Assembly: GCA_947461635.1 (NCBI GenBank)
Contig: CANHMH010000001.1
Span: forward strand, 1 to 57,111
Length of the DNA: 57,111 bases
From: Flavobacteriales bacterium
Lineage (GTDB): Bacteria; Bacteroidota; Bacteroidia; Flavobacteriales_D; Crocinitomicaceae
Direction: 5' to 3'
Within the stretch, counting starts at the first letter, position 1. The number at the start of each line of letters is the position of its first letter. The notes under the pieces are model-generated. The model did not search any database. It had not been told where the DNA came from and was given only the letters and a program-made list of their open reading frames with translations. Both the position numbers and the translations under genes were made by a program. This document shows, piece by piece, positions 9,081 to 17,800 of the stretch.

Positions 9081-9965
9081 GTGAAACTTCTTGCCTCGCA
9101 ACATATAGACAAACGAAAAAGGGATCAAATGGTTGCTTCGGATAAGCAATTAGATTTTTTCTCTTTGTCGTGGGTGCAAGAAATTCTACATCCAAATTGG
9201 GAAATGCTCTGTGATGATTCAGGGAATTATGTTCTATCAATTCCAACAGGTACTAAATTCGGTTTCAACTATAGACTTCAGCCATTTTTCATTCGTTCGC
9301 TTCACATTCCTAGTGGAGATCAGAACAAACTTGCTGAAATCATTGAATTCTTAAAAACTTCGTCGCGCTACATTCACTTGAATTTCGCAGCAGAGGATAA
9401 GGGTGTTTTTCAATCATTTGGAAAATTTCAACAACTCGATTTATCAAATACGATTGATGAAATTAAAGCCAATTATGGAACGAATGCCAAACGTATTTTA
9501 AAGAAAATCCCTTCAGATTTTATTTTTAATCAAGAAATAGAAGTCGATGCATTTATTTCTTTTTTCAAACAGCAAAAAGGGGAGGAGTTAATTGGATTTA
9601 CCCCGGCTGTATGGAAGCGCTTGACAAATTTATTGAATGAAACACAAAGTCGCGGAATGTTAAACATCCGAACCATACACTTAAATGGTTTGCTCCTTGC
9701 AGCCGGCGTGTTTATATCACACAATGGAATCTACTATTTTTTAAAAGGGACAGCAACGCCTGAAGGCAAAAAGCTGGGTGCCATGTATGCCTTAATTGAT
9801 CAAGCAATTACGAGTGTTCATGAAACACATCACACCTTAGATTTTGTGGGTTCTAACAATGAATCGATTGCTCAATTTTATCGAAAGTTCGGTGCAACGG
9901 ATCACGTTTATGGGGTTTTAAAACAGAATAGGCTCCCATTAATTTTCCGTTTATTCAAGTCTTAA
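9081..9965 (+). CDS. Hypothetical protein, possibly FemAB/BioF2-like GNAT-fold acyltransferase
   Basis: 294 aa with a GTG start. The N-terminus (HIDKRKRDQMV) and overall layout resemble conserved Bacteroidota GNAT-like proteins. This is a weak call. Confidence 0.35.
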   Translation: MKLLASQHIDKRKRDQMVASDKQLDFFSLSWVQEILHPNWEMLCDDSGNYVLSIPTGTKFGFNYRLQPFFIRSLHIPSGDQNKLAEIIEFLKTSSRYIHLNFAAEDKGVFQSFGKFQQLDLSNTIDEIKANYGTNAKRILKKIPSDFIFNQEIEVDAFISFFKQQKGEELIGFTPAVWKRLTNLLNETQSRGMLNIRTIHLNGLLLAAGVFISHNGIYYFLKGTATPEGKKLGAMYALIDQAITSVHETHHTLDFVGSNNESIAQFYRKFGATDHVYGVLKQNRLPLIFRLFKS

Positions 9966-12900
9966 TTAAAAATCAATTCATCGATAAATAACCAAGTTGG
10001 ATTCCCTGCTCCTAAATGCCATTCTGGACAATTTCCTGGATTCACAATCGTGTAACGGATGCTTTTGATCGTTCGTGCTTTGTCTGTTTCAAGAATCTGT
10101 GTGAATTTCTGGTTGTATGGATTTTTATCCGTTTTTGTCGCTGAAGGAATTAAAATGATTTGCGGATTTTGGAAAGTGATTCCATCATAAGAAACCTCAT
10201 ATCGTATTTCTTTTGGAAGAAAAATCCATGCTTTCTGATCTCGGATACAAGAAACACCAAATTCATGAATCGCAACAGGTTCCTTAAATGTCACCGTCGC
10301 AACAATGTCCTTTCCATAATACCCCTGATAATCACCAGTTCTAAATTCACTTCCTCCAAAAAGTCCATCAATCAATGCGTTTTCGCCCGATGCAGCATAT
10401 TGATTGGAATACTTCGTGTCGAGTGTCAAATTGACATTTGGATTTTTTCGGATGAATTGGCTCGAAACAATGGCGCTTTCAGATTTGATTCCAGCTGCAT
10501 TCTTTCGGATTAATTGCAAAGCTACTGTTGTTGTTTGTTGGATCTTAATTGGTTGAGCATAAGCATTCCATGGACCATTATCCAAACGGTATTTTAATTC
10601 ATAGCTATCTGTTGGACTCAAAATGACATGCCCCATTTCCAAATAAAGTTGGTTGTCAAAAATGCGTTGTTCTGTTTTAATAAATGGAGCAGGAACCACA
10701 TCTGCAGGAATTTCCACGGTGTTCATTTGTGGGTAATTAGATTTTGCTGGTTTTTTGTCAGTCATGTCAAATTCTAATTTCCCGCCAAGCATCAATGTTT
10801 TGTGGTCAATTTGAAAATCTGGAATCAATTTCCCGTTCCATTTTACAGATGCAACATAACAATTCGTTGCACTTTGATTGTTGCAAATGATCTCAATTTT
10901 TGAATTTGTCTGGTTGTCCACTTTTATCGTTGCTTTACTGAAGATTGGTCGTCCAATTTGATACATGGTATTTCCAGGTGCAATCGGATAAAGACCTAAG
11001 GAACTAAGTACATACCAAGCACTCATTTGACCACAATCTTCGTTTCCAGAAAGTCCATCGGGCTTTGCGTGATACATTTCCTTTAAAATGCGATCGACAT
11101 AAAACTGTGTTTTGTATGGTGCATTGGTGAAGTTGTACAAATAGGCCATGTGATGTGAAGGTTCGTTTCCATGCGCGTATTGACCGATTAATCCAGTAAT
11201 GTCTGCTTGTTCACGTCCCGACAATTTCATTTCAGTCGTAAATAATCGATCCAACCATGCTTCCAATGAATCTCTACCTCCAAGTAAATTCGTTAAAACT
11301 TCGATTTCATGCGGAGCATATAGGGAATATTGCCAGCTATTCGCTTCAGTGTAATTGAAATTAACTTCTGACGGATCAAACGGTCCATACCATTGAGCTC
11401 CACGACGTGGTCGCATAAATTTTGTGTTTGGATCGAATAAATTCACGAAGGAAAAACTTCGTTTGCGGTAGGTTTTCGCCATTTCGTCATTTTCCATAGC
11501 TGCAGCCATTTCTGCAATGCAAAAATCGTCATAGGCATATTCCAAGGTTTTCGAAACGGACTCTGGTTCATCACTCGAACTCAAATAGCCTTTGTCCGCG
11601 TAACTTTGCTTTCCAAGTTCGTTGATGTTTGCCGTGAAATGCATGTCGTTTAATGCTTTTTTTGCATCGTAGGCCATTTCAGCAACTTTTGTTTGACCAT
11701 TCAATCCTTTCATGTAAGCATCAGAAATGACACTAACGCTATGATAACCAATCATACATTCCGTTTCGCAGGCTGCTAATTCCCAAACTGGAAGATCGCC
11801 ACCTTCATCAAATTGACGTAAGAATGTACGAATGAATTGAGTTGTTCGTTCTTGTTGAATCAAGGTAAATAAAGGGTGATTTCCACGGTATGTGTCCCAA
11901 AGTGAGAAAACGGTATATTGATTATCCTTGATTAATTGATGTATCTTTTGGTCGCGTCCACGGTAACGTCCATCTAGGTCGCTCATCAAGTTTGGTGCAA
12001 CCATGCAATGGTATAAACTTGTGTAGAAAATGATGGCATCTTCAAAATTCAACGCTTCAACTTTGACTTTACTTAATTCGTTGTTCCATTTCTCGATGTT
12101 ACGTGAATACACTTGCATGAAATCAAATCCCGGGATTTCCAGTTGTAGATTGTGTGCTGCTCCTTTTTGATCCACGTGAGACATACCCACTTTGACATAT
12201 AATACTTTGGTGTCCTTCGGGAATTCAAGCAGTAATTTATGTGTTCCAGCAATTTTAACGGGTTTTGCCGAGCTGAATGGGGTGGATGTTTCTAAGTGAA
12301 AATAAAAATGTTGTTCATTTGCCCATGCTTCCGAAACTCTTTTTCCAGAAATACTTGAATTATTGATAATCTCAAATCCTGCGTCAAGAACTTTATCACG
12401 GTAATCTAAATCAAGAAGGATGTATTTTTTTCCTTTTGCATTCATGAACGTATATTCATGTATACCTGAACGTTCACTTGTTGTTAAACGGACATTGATT
12501 TGTTCGTCTTCCAAATAAACTTCATAGAATCCAGCGCGCGCTTTCTCCTTTGTGTGTGAAAAGGTAGATCCGTACCCGTTTTGGGCATCTTGGTATTTCG
12601 GAAGTAGTTTCGCTTTTTTTCCTGATTGAGGTGAGATCAATAAATCTGCATAGTCTGGAACTCCAGTACCGCTTAGGTGTGTGTGACTGAACCCATAAAT
12701 TAATGAGTCTGAGTAATGGTATCCTCCACAACCATCCCAGCCATCATGACGTGTATCTGGACTTAACTGCATCATCCCGAATGGCGCACAAACACCTGGA
12801 AAAGTATGCCCATGACCGCCCGTACCAATCGTTGGCATGACATAAACATATGGATTAAAAGTATCGGAAGGTTTTCCAACGATTTTCTGTGCTTTGTCAC

Positions 12901-12979
12901 TTGCCTCCATGACGTTGTTGACTTGTGCGAAAGAAAGAAAGCCTAGTGTGCAGAAAATGCTACTGAATATCGATTTCAT
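9962..12979 (-). CDS. GH92 family alpha-mannosidase with extra C-terminal carbohydrate-binding (discoidin/F5-8-C-like) region
   Basis: Signal peptide MKSIFSSIFCTLGFLSFAQ and the GH92 signature GTGGHGHTFPGVCAPFGMMQLSPDT. About 250 extra C-terminal residues (ALIDGLFGG...AWIFLP...). ATG 12979 shares one base with the GT2 stop (TAATG). Confidence 0.85.
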   Translation of the reverse strand: MKSIFSSIFCTLGFLSFAQVNNVMEASDKAQKIVGKPSDTFNPYVYVMPTIGTGGHGHTFPGVCAPFGMMQLSPDTRHDGWDGCGGYHYSDSLIYGFSHTHLSGTGVPDYADLLISPQSGKKAKLLPKYQDAQNGYGSTFSHTKEKARAGFYEVYLEDEQINVRLTTSERSGIHEYTFMNAKGKKYILLDLDYRDKVLDAGFEIINNSSISGKRVSEAWANEQHFYFHLETSTPFSSAKPVKIAGTHKLLLEFPKDTKVLYVKVGMSHVDQKGAAHNLQLEIPGFDFMQVYSRNIEKWNNELSKVKVEALNFEDAIIFYTSLYHCMVAPNLMSDLDGRYRGRDQKIHQLIKDNQYTVFSLWDTYRGNHPLFTLIQQERTTQFIRTFLRQFDEGGDLPVWELAACETECMIGYHSVSVISDAYMKGLNGQTKVAEMAYDAKKALNDMHFTANINELGKQSYADKGYLSSSDEPESVSKTLEYAYDDFCIAEMAAAMENDEMAKTYRKRSFSFVNLFDPNTKFMRPRRGAQWYGPFDPSEVNFNYTEANSWQYSLYAPHEIEVLTNLLGGRDSLEAWLDRLFTTEMKLSGREQADITGLIGQYAHGNEPSHHMAYLYNFTNAPYKTQFYVDRILKEMYHAKPDGLSGNEDCGQMSAWYVLSSLGLYPIAPGNTMYQIGRPIFSKATIKVDNQTNSKIEIICNNQSATNCYVASVKWNGKLIPDFQIDHKTLMLGGKLEFDMTDKKPAKSNYPQMNTVEIPADVVPAPFIKTEQRIFDNQLYLEMGHVILSPTDSYELKYRLDNGPWNAYAQPIKIQQTTTVALQLIRKNAAGIKSESAIVSSQFIRKNPNVNLTLDTKYSNQYAASGENALIDGLFGGSEFRTGDYQGYYGKDIVATVTFKEPVAIHEFGVSCIRDQKAWIFLPKEIRYEVSYDGITFQNPQIILIPSATKTDKNPYNQKFTQILETDKARTIKSIRYTIVNPGNCPEWHLGAGNPTWLFIDELIFN

Positions 12980-14004
12980 TAGTTGAATTTTCGTTTGTTT
13001 AGTTTTGAATACACATTGTTTTTCAAAAAGTAATAATCCCAAATAATTCTTCCATTGTAGCGGTAGAATTTACGTTCTTTTGTATTGATTTGACGGCGTT
13101 TTTTATAAAAACGACCGAATTGTGCGTACAGATTCATGTGTGCTAGAAACACCATCCATGTCAATTGGAATTTTCCAGAAAGCAAAAATTTAACTCCAGC
13201 AATCCCATCTAAACACATGCGTATGAATAAACTTGGGATTAAAAGTCCAGCGTGGTTTTTCATCAACATGAAAAGACTGTTTCTAAAATTCAAATAAACT
13301 TTCTTTGGGGAATCATAATCAAGCGTTCCGCCACCTAAATGATAAACGGTGCTTTCCGGAACACAATGGAAATCAAAACCAAGGTTTCCAAGCCTAATGC
13401 ATAAATCAATTTCCTCCATGTGTGCGAAGAAATCGGAATCAAATCCTTTTACTTGATGGAATAATTTTGAACGTATCATCATGGCAGCACCAGACGTCCA
13501 TGTGACTGGGATTTCATAATCGTATTGATGTTCATCTTTTTCCAGGTTGTCAAAGATACGTCCGCGGCAAAATGGAAAATAGTGCAGGTCGACAAATCCG
13601 CCTGCTGCTCCTGCATGTTCAAATGACTTTTTGTTATTCCAGGACATTATTTTTGGTTGACAAGCAGCTGTGTTTTCATGCGTATCCATGAAATCTTTCA
13701 AGGGTTCGATCCAATTTTCCGTTGCCTCAACATCGCTATTGAGTAGAAGGTAATAATCGAATTGACCTTTTATTTGTTCTAAAGCCACATTGTAACCACC
13801 TGCAAATCCGAAATTTCGATTTTGTTCAATCAGGTGAACAGAAGTGAAATGCTCTTGAATATAGGAAATGGAATCATCCGTACTTGCATTGTCTGCAACG
13901 TAAACAGGGAAGTTCTTTGAAAATTTCAGTACACTTGGTAAATACGTTTCTAAATGGTGCTTACCATTGTAATTGAGAATGACAATTGCGAGAGAAGAAT
14001 CCAT
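12979..14004 (-). CDS. Glycosyltransferase family 2
   Basis: IVILNYNGKHHLETYLPS...ADNASTDDS...LLLNSDV is the GT-A/GT2 N-terminal fold. 341 aa. Confidence 0.8.
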   Translation of the reverse strand: MDSSLAIVILNYNGKHHLETYLPSVLKFSKNFPVYVADNASTDDSISYIQEHFTSVHLIEQNRNFGFAGGYNVALEQIKGQFDYYLLLNSDVEATENWIEPLKDFMDTHENTAACQPKIMSWNNKKSFEHAGAAGGFVDLHYFPFCRGRIFDNLEKDEHQYDYEIPVTWTSGAAMMIRSKLFHQVKGFDSDFFAHMEEIDLCIRLGNLGFDFHCVPESTVYHLGGGTLDYDSPKKVYLNFRNSLFMLMKNHAGLLIPSLFIRMCLDGIAGVKFLLSGKFQLTWMVFLAHMNLYAQFGRFYKKRRQINTKERKFYRYNGRIIWDYYFLKNNVYSKLNKRKFN

Positions 14005-14007
14005 GCG

Positions 14008-15456
14008 TTAATATTGACGGTACAAATCGTTGCTGTCTCCACCCCAATGTTTCACATTGTTTTGGTTGGGATTGTCAACATTTCCGTTGTAAGTATTGCG
14101 TTTCGCCAAAATTTGAGGCCAAGCAGGATTTTTTAATTCACCAATCATATCCGAATGGAGTAGCCGATAGGCATTGTTTACTAAGTCAGGATTGTAGAAA
14201 ATGAAGCGTTTGTTACTGTACATGCCAATTTTATTGTATGTCCAGATCTCATAAGGATATTCCGACGGAGAAGATTCTCTAGCATTTACCTGATTAGGTG
14301 CGCCATATTTCAAATAAACACGTCCACGGTCAGTTTCAAATCCTTCTTGAAAATTATTCCCGTATATCTTTTGGACAAAAACCACCTGTGCTTTGTATTT
14401 CAACCAGGATTCATAAGGATTTGTTGGTGTTGAAACGGCCCAATAACCTTGGATGTGCTTGCGTGCTTCGTCGATGTTTTTGGACTTCAATGTTTCGATG
14501 ATGTTTTTTATTTCCGCGGGCTTGGAAATTGGAATCAAACTTTCTAAAAAGTATAGGGTTGAATCCGATGGAATGGACGATTGAAACGCAGGATCCAACA
14601 GCATGTTTTCCATTGTAAACATGTAATTATTATCATTACTTCGCTCGAAATCGTATGTTTGAAAAGCAAGTATTTCATTCGAGTTATTTGTCAAGCGATA
14701 CTCAATTTGATAATTTCCAGAATTTAATTCTTCTATGTTAATCGTTTCGAAAACGGGAACAACAGAAGATTTATACAATTTACTCGTTCTGGTAAATCCA
14801 TTGATTTCACTGGCATCTTTCATATTAATGATGCGATGAGAAAGGAGAAAAGTACTATCCGAAATGTTATCAGTACCGTACAATTCAAGGTAAACGGGTA
14901 ATGTTTTTGAATCCGTCCCGTAAAAACTGGAAAGCATCGGGATAATGTGGTATCCAGATTTATCAAAATTGGTTTGTTTGTCACTTGGATATGCATATTC
15001 AGCAACGAGCACATCTGAAATTTTGGTTTTTATCGAAAAATCTTCAATCGAAATCGGTAAAGTACCAGATATTTCAGAACCATCTTTGTTAACATCAAAT
15101 AAATTTATTTTTAAAGAATACTTTCCAGGATTTAATTGAACGCGAAGCACTTCATAAAAATCATCTTGAATGCTGTCTATCGCTTCGGGAGATTCAAGAA
15201 CATATTTGTCGGTAAAAACAACACTGGAACTATCCGAAATTTCCACAGAAATGAGAACTTTCGCTCTTAATCCATTTCCTTCGTCCTTATATGTAACTGA
15301 GTAGGATACGAATTGCATGTAGACTTCCAGGTAATTACCTACGTTTGGAGCATAAAATTGCTTCGTGTCCAGATATGTCTTTAACTTGTTTCCTTGTGAA
15401 AAGGAAATTCCTTGGAGAAGACAAAAACAAATTAGAATGATTTTTTTCATGTGCAT
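14008..15456 (-). CDS. GWxTD domain-containing secreted protein
   Basis: Signal peptide. C-terminal block GFETDRGRVYLKYGAPNQV...YPYEIWTY matches the GWxTD-domain pattern with F in place of W. Confidence 0.6.
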   Translation of the reverse strand: MHMKKIILICFCLLQGISFSQGNKLKTYLDTKQFYAPNVGNYLEVYMQFVSYSVTYKDEGNGLRAKVLISVEISDSSSVVFTDKYVLESPEAIDSIQDDFYEVLRVQLNPGKYSLKINLFDVNKDGSEISGTLPISIEDFSIKTKISDVLVAEYAYPSDKQTNFDKSGYHIIPMLSSFYGTDSKTLPVYLELYGTDNISDSTFLLSHRIINMKDASEINGFTRTSKLYKSSVVPVFETINIEELNSGNYQIEYRLTNNSNEILAFQTYDFERSNDNNYMFTMENMLLDPAFQSSIPSDSTLYFLESLIPISKPAEIKNIIETLKSKNIDEARKHIQGYWAVSTPTNPYESWLKYKAQVVFVQKIYGNNFQEGFETDRGRVYLKYGAPNQVNARESSPSEYPYEIWTYNKIGMYSNKRFIFYNPDLVNNAYRLLHSDMIGELKNPAWPQILAKRNTYNGNVDNPNQNNVKHWGGDSNDLYRQY

Positions 15457-15476
15457 TTAAAATTACAGAAAAAGCA

Positions 15477-16985
15477 TCAATCCTCAATATTCAATCTTAT
15501 TTTTTGTGCTAACTGACGATTGTAGGTTTCCAAAAGATACTTGAAATAGTTGTCCGTACTTTTTGATATACATTTCGTGTAGTGCTTCAATCGATGCTCG
15601 ATGTGATCTTGTATAACCTGCATTAAATCAAGTGCATGATCCAGGTTATTTGCAGCAGATTCAATGGCTTTAAAATGGTTGTCTATGGATAAATCAATGG
15701 CAACTTTACCTTTGTCGCCACGATCTAAACATTCGTAATAACAATCTTTAATGTTGAATTCTTCTAAAATGGCGGAAGGCATGTATTTATCGAATCCTTT
15801 CGGGAATTCAAATTCAACTTCGAATTCCATGTCCTCCAATTCTGAAATACGTGATTCCAAAAAGCGATCCGGAAATTTAAAGGCATCTTGCCAATTGATG
15901 TAATCTTGCCAGTAACCGAAGCGACGAACGTTATTTCCTAGATCAATGATTTGAAATTCACTTTTATTCGGGAGTTTTCTGGAACCACGCCCAATCATTT
16001 GGTGGTACAAGGTCAATGAGCGCGTTGCTCGGTTAATAATGATGGATTCTACCGTTGGTTCATCAAATCCCGTTGTTAAGATTCCAACCGATGTTAAAAT
16101 GGCACCTGGTGTTACTTTAAACCAATGAATGACATCCTTTCGATCTTTGTCGCTGAATGTTGAGTCAAGGTGACGAATATTGTACTTGAGTTTCTTGAAG
16201 GAATCTTCTACACGACGTGACGTTTCAATTCCGGCATTAAAAATCAATGTTTTTTTGTTCAAGCTAACCTCTTCATAGGCGAAAATTAATTTTTCCTGCA
16301 TGAAAAAGTTACTGTAGAGTAAATCTGAACTACTTACAGTGAAATCACCATTTGTTCCAATTTTTAATCCGTGTAGATTGACATCATATTGATATGTTTC
16401 CGCATTGGATAAATATCCTCCTTCAATCAAATTTGAAATGGATTCTCCGACTAAAAGTTTGTTGTAATTGTCTTTCAGTGGTAAATTGCGATTTGAACTT
16501 AATGGTGTTGCCGTCACTCCAAGGATGTTCGCATCTTCATAAAACTGGAAGATTTTTCGAAAACTATTGTAATGTGCTTCATCGACAATGACTAGTCCAA
16601 CATCTGCAATGAAATTATCATTCTCATTTAAACGATTATTCAATGTTTCGACCATCGCGATAAAACATTGGTATTCGTCCTGATCATCCAAATGCTTCAC
16701 TTCAGAATTTATGACCTTATTGGCAACTTTAATGGCAGATAACTGTTGAGAAGTCTGAACTGATAATTCAATGCGATGCGTTAAAATCAATACTTTTTTG
16801 CCCCATTGTTCAATGAATCGACGTGCAATTTCAGAGAAAATGACTGTTTTTCCACCACCGGTTGGTAACTGATAGAGTAAATTAAAATTCGCACCGTTTT
16901 TACGTAGTTCTTCTAAAACTTGGTTAACGGTTTGCTCTTGAAATGGGTAAAGCTTCTTTGCTTCGTATAAATCGAAATCAATCAT
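15477..16985 (-). CDS. Superfamily 2 DEAD/DEAH-box (ResIII-like) helicase
   Basis: Walker A PTGGGKTVIF, motif II VIVDEAHY, and helicase-C motifs (TSVGILTTGFDEP, QMIGRGSR). ATG 16985 is preferred over TTG 17006. Confidence 0.8.
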   Translation of the reverse strand: MIDFDLYEAKKLYPFQEQTVNQVLEELRKNGANFNLLYQLPTGGGKTVIFSEIARRFIEQWGKKVLILTHRIELSVQTSQQLSAIKVANKVINSEVKHLDDQDEYQCFIAMVETLNNRLNENDNFIADVGLVIVDEAHYNSFRKIFQFYEDANILGVTATPLSSNRNLPLKDNYNKLLVGESISNLIEGGYLSNAETYQYDVNLHGLKIGTNGDFTVSSSDLLYSNFFMQEKLIFAYEEVSLNKKTLIFNAGIETSRRVEDSFKKLKYNIRHLDSTFSDKDRKDVIHWFKVTPGAILTSVGILTTGFDEPTVESIIINRATRSLTLYHQMIGRGSRKLPNKSEFQIIDLGNNVRRFGYWQDYINWQDAFKFPDRFLESRISELEDMEFEVEFEFPKGFDKYMPSAILEEFNIKDCYYECLDRGDKGKVAIDLSIDNHFKAIESAANNLDHALDLMQVIQDHIEHRLKHYTKCISKSTDNYFKYLLETYNRQLAQKIRLNIED

Positions 16986-17003
16986 TTTCGCAGTTGGGAT
17001 TTG

Positions 17004-17011
17004 CAAAAATA
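17004..17011 (-). promoter_or_regulatory. -7 box TATTTTTG (minus strand) upstream of the helicase gene
   Basis: Plus strand reads CAAAAATA, 18 nt upstream of ATG 16985, within the 29-nt gap after the TrmH-family stop. Confidence 0.45.
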
Positions 17012-17035
17012 CAGCCTTTTCTTTGAATTAGGACA

Positions 17036-17800
17036 CTATGATTTTGATTGACTCCAATGATAAAGGAAAATACCGGTAGCAATGGAGACATTTAACGATT
17101 CGGCTTGACCGTAACCTGGTATGGTAACTGCTTGATTGATATGTTTTTGGATAGCTGGTGAAATTCCTTTTCCTTCATTGCCCATCACTAGAATTTTTAT
17201 TTCATTTGGATCAATATCTGCTAAATTATCACCGTTTAAAAGTGCTCCATGTACCACTGTATTCATTTTTTGGAGGAATTCCTCAAGATTTTCATAAAAA
17301 ACGGACATTCTAAAAGCACTTCCCATGGAAGATTGAATCACCTTTGAGTTAAACATGTTTACGGTATCTGTCGAGCACACAATTTGTTTGATGCCAAACC
17401 AATCAGCTGTCCGAATGATCGTTCCTAAGTTTCCTGGATCCTGAATTCCTTCTAGAACCAAAACACGTTCAGTTGGATTAAATGCTTTAGCAGCAGGCTC
17501 ACGAAAAATACCGAGTAAGGTCGACGCTGAATAAAACTGTGTGATGCGCTCCATTTCATTTTCGGAGCATTGATAGCAGTCAAAATTAGTTTGTAGTGAT
17601 TCGCTGATCTCGCTACTGGCATAAATGGAATGAACTAACGATGGAAATTGGATCGCTAATTCACTGACCAATTTGAGGCCTTCCACTAAAACTACTTTTT
17701 CTTTATCCCTGTTTTTTTTGAGATGAAGGCTTTTAATCCATTTTATCTTTTGTAGTGAAATTTTTTCCAACTTGATTATTGTTATTTTTGCACTAGGCAT
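17036..17800 (-). CDS. TrmH/SpoU family RNA 2'-O-methyltransferase
   Basis: SpoU motifs VLEGIQDPGNLGTIIRTADWFG, LVMGNEGKGIS and ESLNVSIATGI. The start is uncertain (ATG 17800 or TTG 17770). The listed start at 17875 would overlap the divergent gene. Confidence 0.8.
   Translation of the reverse strand: MPSAKITIIKLEKISLQKIKWIKSLHLKKNRDKEKVVLVEGLKLVSELAIQFPSLVHSIYASSEISESLQTNFDCYQCSENEMERITQFYSASTLLGIFREPAAKAFNPTERVLVLEGIQDPGNLGTIIRTADWFGIKQIVCSTDTVNMFNSKVIQSSMGSAFRMSVFYENLEEFLQKMNTVVHGALLNGDNLADIDPNEIKILVMGNEGKGISPAIQKHINQAVTIPGYGQAESLNVSIATGIFLYHWSQSKS
17783..17790 (+). promoter_or_regulatory. -7 box TATTTTTG upstream of the Omp85-family gene
   Basis: Exact match 8 nt upstream of ATG 17799. 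It lies inside or at the 5' end of the divergent TrmH-family ORF. Confidence 0.4.

Noticed and set aside
12980-13042. N-terminal extension of the GH92 ORF overlapping the GT2 gene
   Set aside because: The internal Met at 12979 starts a clean signal peptide and forms a TAATG junction with the GT2 stop. The extension lies in another gene's coding region.
15477-17800. Helicase plus methyltransferase as a restriction-modification or defence module
   Set aside because: The methyltransferase has SpoU/TrmH RNA 2'-O-methyltransferase motifs, not DNA MTase motifs. There is no nuclease domain or specificity subunit. The helicase has its own promoter.
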